Assembly: GCA_002633005.1 (NCBI GenBank)
Contig: NMRA01000172.1
Location: 555,871 to 619,870 of the forward strand
From: Phoronis australis
Taxonomy: Eukaryota; Animalia; Phoronida
Direction of reading: 5' to 3'
DNA: 64,000 nucleotides
Within the stretch, counting starts at the first letter, position 1. Each line of letters begins with the position of its first letter. Below are positions 61,836 through 64,000 of the stretch, piece after piece. The notes under the pieces were generated by a model. The model was not told the origin of the DNA, searched no databases, and saw only the letters and a list, made by a program, of their open reading frames with translations. Position numbers and translations under genes: made by a program.

Positions 61836-64000
61836 TCACAGTCGCGTAGAACAATGTTCTCCGTTTCCTAACGACGTTGTTGACATAGACGCAAAGTTTG
61901 ATGAAACCGTTTTGCTCGAAAGGCGAGTCGTTTTCCCAATCCCCATCGCATTCAATACACGACGTGTACAAACAAACGCTACGAAGATGAACACTCCTTG
62001 GGTCGCATTCAGGAGCGTAAAAATGTACCAGACAACGTCGTTGTTTGCTGCCATGGCAACGAATCCGAAAATCCACGTCATTCCAAGTAGGATGAACAAT
62101 TTCAAATACATTATGAACTCGTTCTTTGTTGAATTTTTCTTCGAATTTGTAACAGTCTTGGACAATTTAAGCGACTTGTGAAGGAGTTGTGCAATAAGAC
62201 AATATATGATGACATTAGATAAAATAAATGCTGACACAGGAGCAACAAAGAAAATCAAAAATGCGTTCCTTTGTGTAAACCAGCAGAGTTCACCATCAAC
62301 AAAACTGGGTTGAAAACTAGTTTCGACATCAGAAAAGTCAAAAATAACGGATACAATAGTAACTGCGGCAGGTACAAGAATGGCGTAACACCAGGACACG
62401 AATAGACGTCGGCGATCATTCTGAGGCGCGTGACGTATTGTCAAACGAAACGTAGACCACGTGTCTACGGCAATCACATTTTTCCACGCGAATACCGAAA
62501 GATAAGCCCATTGAGTGAGAGCTGCAAACGTTTCACACAACCAGGGAATTAAACTTACCACTGGGCGTAGAAGGAAGAACAGACCAGCCAGGAATAATTG
62601 TAAAGTTAAGCAAAACTGGAGTTTTCCTGGAAATGTATGATACACCGAGCAAAATGGTTGGATGAGGAGGCGAATTAGAAGAAACGCTTCAGAAAAAGAA
62701 AAGCACACAATTGTCAGTATTCCTAAAGCCGAAGTTTTCCGAGCATGTGTTTGGATATTGTCGAGACAGACGATCAAGGAATCGTTCATCTTACGCACAT
62801 CCGCTTTTGGCACCGATCCACCAAAATCTTTCAGAAATACGTCACCACTGCTTAGTACACTGAAATCACCTTGATAAAGTGTCTTGTTTATGCATTTTAT
62901 TGAACTGGTATTTGCTGGAAAACAATAACTCTCATTCACGGATACTGACACCACGTAGCCAAGCCATGTGGAAGAGAATAGCCATTTCATGTGAGATTCA
63001 AATTTGTGATCCCTCGTTCTCTTATTTGCTTTCTGTAAATGGCAACCAGTGTTGTTTAATCGCTGCATGAACGTTATGTCGAGGTGAATCTTATCAACTG
63101 AGTAACTTCCTCCAAAAAAGTGTTTTTCCACACTTAGTGTGAAACTAGGTTTCGAATTTATATCAAACGACTTTTCCAGACCTTCTTTCACTATGAAGGG
63201 CATGGTTCGGCTCTTAAATATTTTTCTTTCCATTTCCGTAGTTACGAGGTTGTCTTGGGATGGAATATATTGTATGTCTATACACACGGACGACAGTGTA
63301 TAGTAAGGAACACACTCCCCATTTTGCAAAATATAGTCTTCTTGACACCTTGAAAACCTGCATTTCGTGAGATTAAGCGAATCGCACTCGGCTATGGAAG
63401 CTGCACGATTTTTTGTTTTGGAGCCTAAAGATTCGGATAAATCAATATTAATTTTTCCAATCTTGTTCACGTCAAGCAGTAGCGAGAATGAAAATTTCCA
63501 TAGCGTAGGATCAGACGGACCTGTTACATGGGGCAGTTTTGGGGAAGGTCCTTGGCAAGCCAATTTAGTTATGTTTTGAGGGTCATTGCAAATGGCACAA
63601 AAATAGTTTTTATAGTATCTTACATCAGACAACGCGTGCAATGTTTGAGAAGATCGACAGCGATTTACCAACTCATTTGACATGCAGCCACGAGGACAAT
63701 CACGGACAACTTCCGGATGACAGTAACGATATAAACCATCTGCGTCCTCCATAGTCAAATTGCAAAGAGGGTCATTCAAGCGGTGCAGAAATTCTTGAAG
63801 ACTGCTTTCAGCAGAACTTCCAGACTTTTCATAACACGTGAGATCAAATTTCCAAAATCGCACATTCTTAACACCGTGGCACTGAGCACAAAAGAGATTT
63901 CTGTATTGTATTCCGGTTACGTTGTCTCTCACTGGAATTCTGTTCACCACGGATTCGTCAGTGTTCACACAAGCTTCAGCAATCTGGTAGTCCTGGAACT
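61836..64000 (-). CDS. Family B (secretin/adhesion/Methuselah-like) 7TM GPCR with Cys-rich ectodomain; 5' end outside the window
   Basis: Frame open for more than 710 aa up to the window edge. Seven hydrophobic helices with 7tm_2-type motifs (CW in ECL2, KLFILLGMTWIFG, WYIFTLLNATQGVFIFVAF). Two Y[RK]NxFCAxC repeats in the ectodomain. Confidence 0.88.
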   Translation of the reverse strand, partial: FQDYQIAEACVNTDESVVNRIPVRDNVTGIQYRNLFCAQCHGVKNVRFWKFDLTCYEKSGSSAESSLQEFLHRLNDPLCNLTMEDADGLYRYCHPEVVRDCPRGCMSNELVNRCRSSQTLHALSDVRYYKNYFCAICNDPQNITKLACQGPSPKLPHVTGPSDPTLWKFSFSLLLDVNKIGKINIDLSESLGSKTKNRAASIAECDSLNLTKCRFSRCQEDYILQNGECVPYYTLSSVCIDIQYIPSQDNLVTTEMERKIFKSRTMPFIVKEGLEKSFDINSKPSFTLSVEKHFFGGSYSVDKIHLDITFMQRLNNTGCHLQKANKRTRDHKFESHMKWLFSSTWLGYVVSVSVNESYCFPANTSSIKCINKTLYQGDFSVLSSGDVFLKDFGGSVPKADVRKMNDSLIVCLDNIQTHARKTSALGILTIVCFSFSEAFLLIRLLIQPFCSVYHTFPGKLQFCLTLQLFLAGLFFLLRPVVSLIPWLCETFAALTQWAYLSVFAWKNVIAVDTWSTFRLTIRHAPQNDRRRLFVSWCYAILVPAAVTIVSVIFDFSDVETSFQPSFVDGELCWFTQRNAFLIFFVAPVSAFILSNVIIYCLIAQLLHKSLKLSKTVTNSKKNSTKNEFIMYLKLFILLGMTWIFGFVAMAANNDVVWYIFTLLNATQGVFIFVAFVCTRRVLNAMGIGKTTRLSSKTVSSNFASMSTTSLGNGEHCSTRL

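Overview
Eukaryotic genomic DNA, most likely from a metazoan invertebrate: AT-rich, with GT-AG introns and many transposon remnants. It holds four protein-coding genes. (1) A Jumonji/JARID2 orthologue with about 19 coding exons on the minus strand (CDS 11742-40349). (2) An intronless MYORG-like GH31 glycosidase (14703-16700, +) nested antisense in a 3' JARID2 intron. (3) A 10-exon PIGT/Gpi16 GPI-transamidase subunit (+, 43213-53219), head-to-head with JARID2. (4) A family-B/Methuselah-like 7TM receptor with a Cys-rich ectodomain (minus strand, 61836 to beyond the window end). Mobile DNA includes two TTAA-targeting Kolobok-type elements with THAP-transposase remnants; one also carries a P2X7-ballast-like (KolX) remnant and the other appears insertion-polymorphic. 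There are also four LINE remnants, a Penelope GIY-YIG remnant, tRNA-derived SINE heads (two form a palindrome), several MITE/foldback elements and minisatellites. Single-N gaps lie at 18682, 24264 and 42887. The last two are flanked by near-identical duplicated blocks that look like uncollapsed haplotypes. I see no prokaryote-type system. The most notable items are the nested gene, the Kolobok/P2X7-ballast elements, the tRNA palindrome and an unexplained decayed ORF-like block at about 55.2-57.0 kb.
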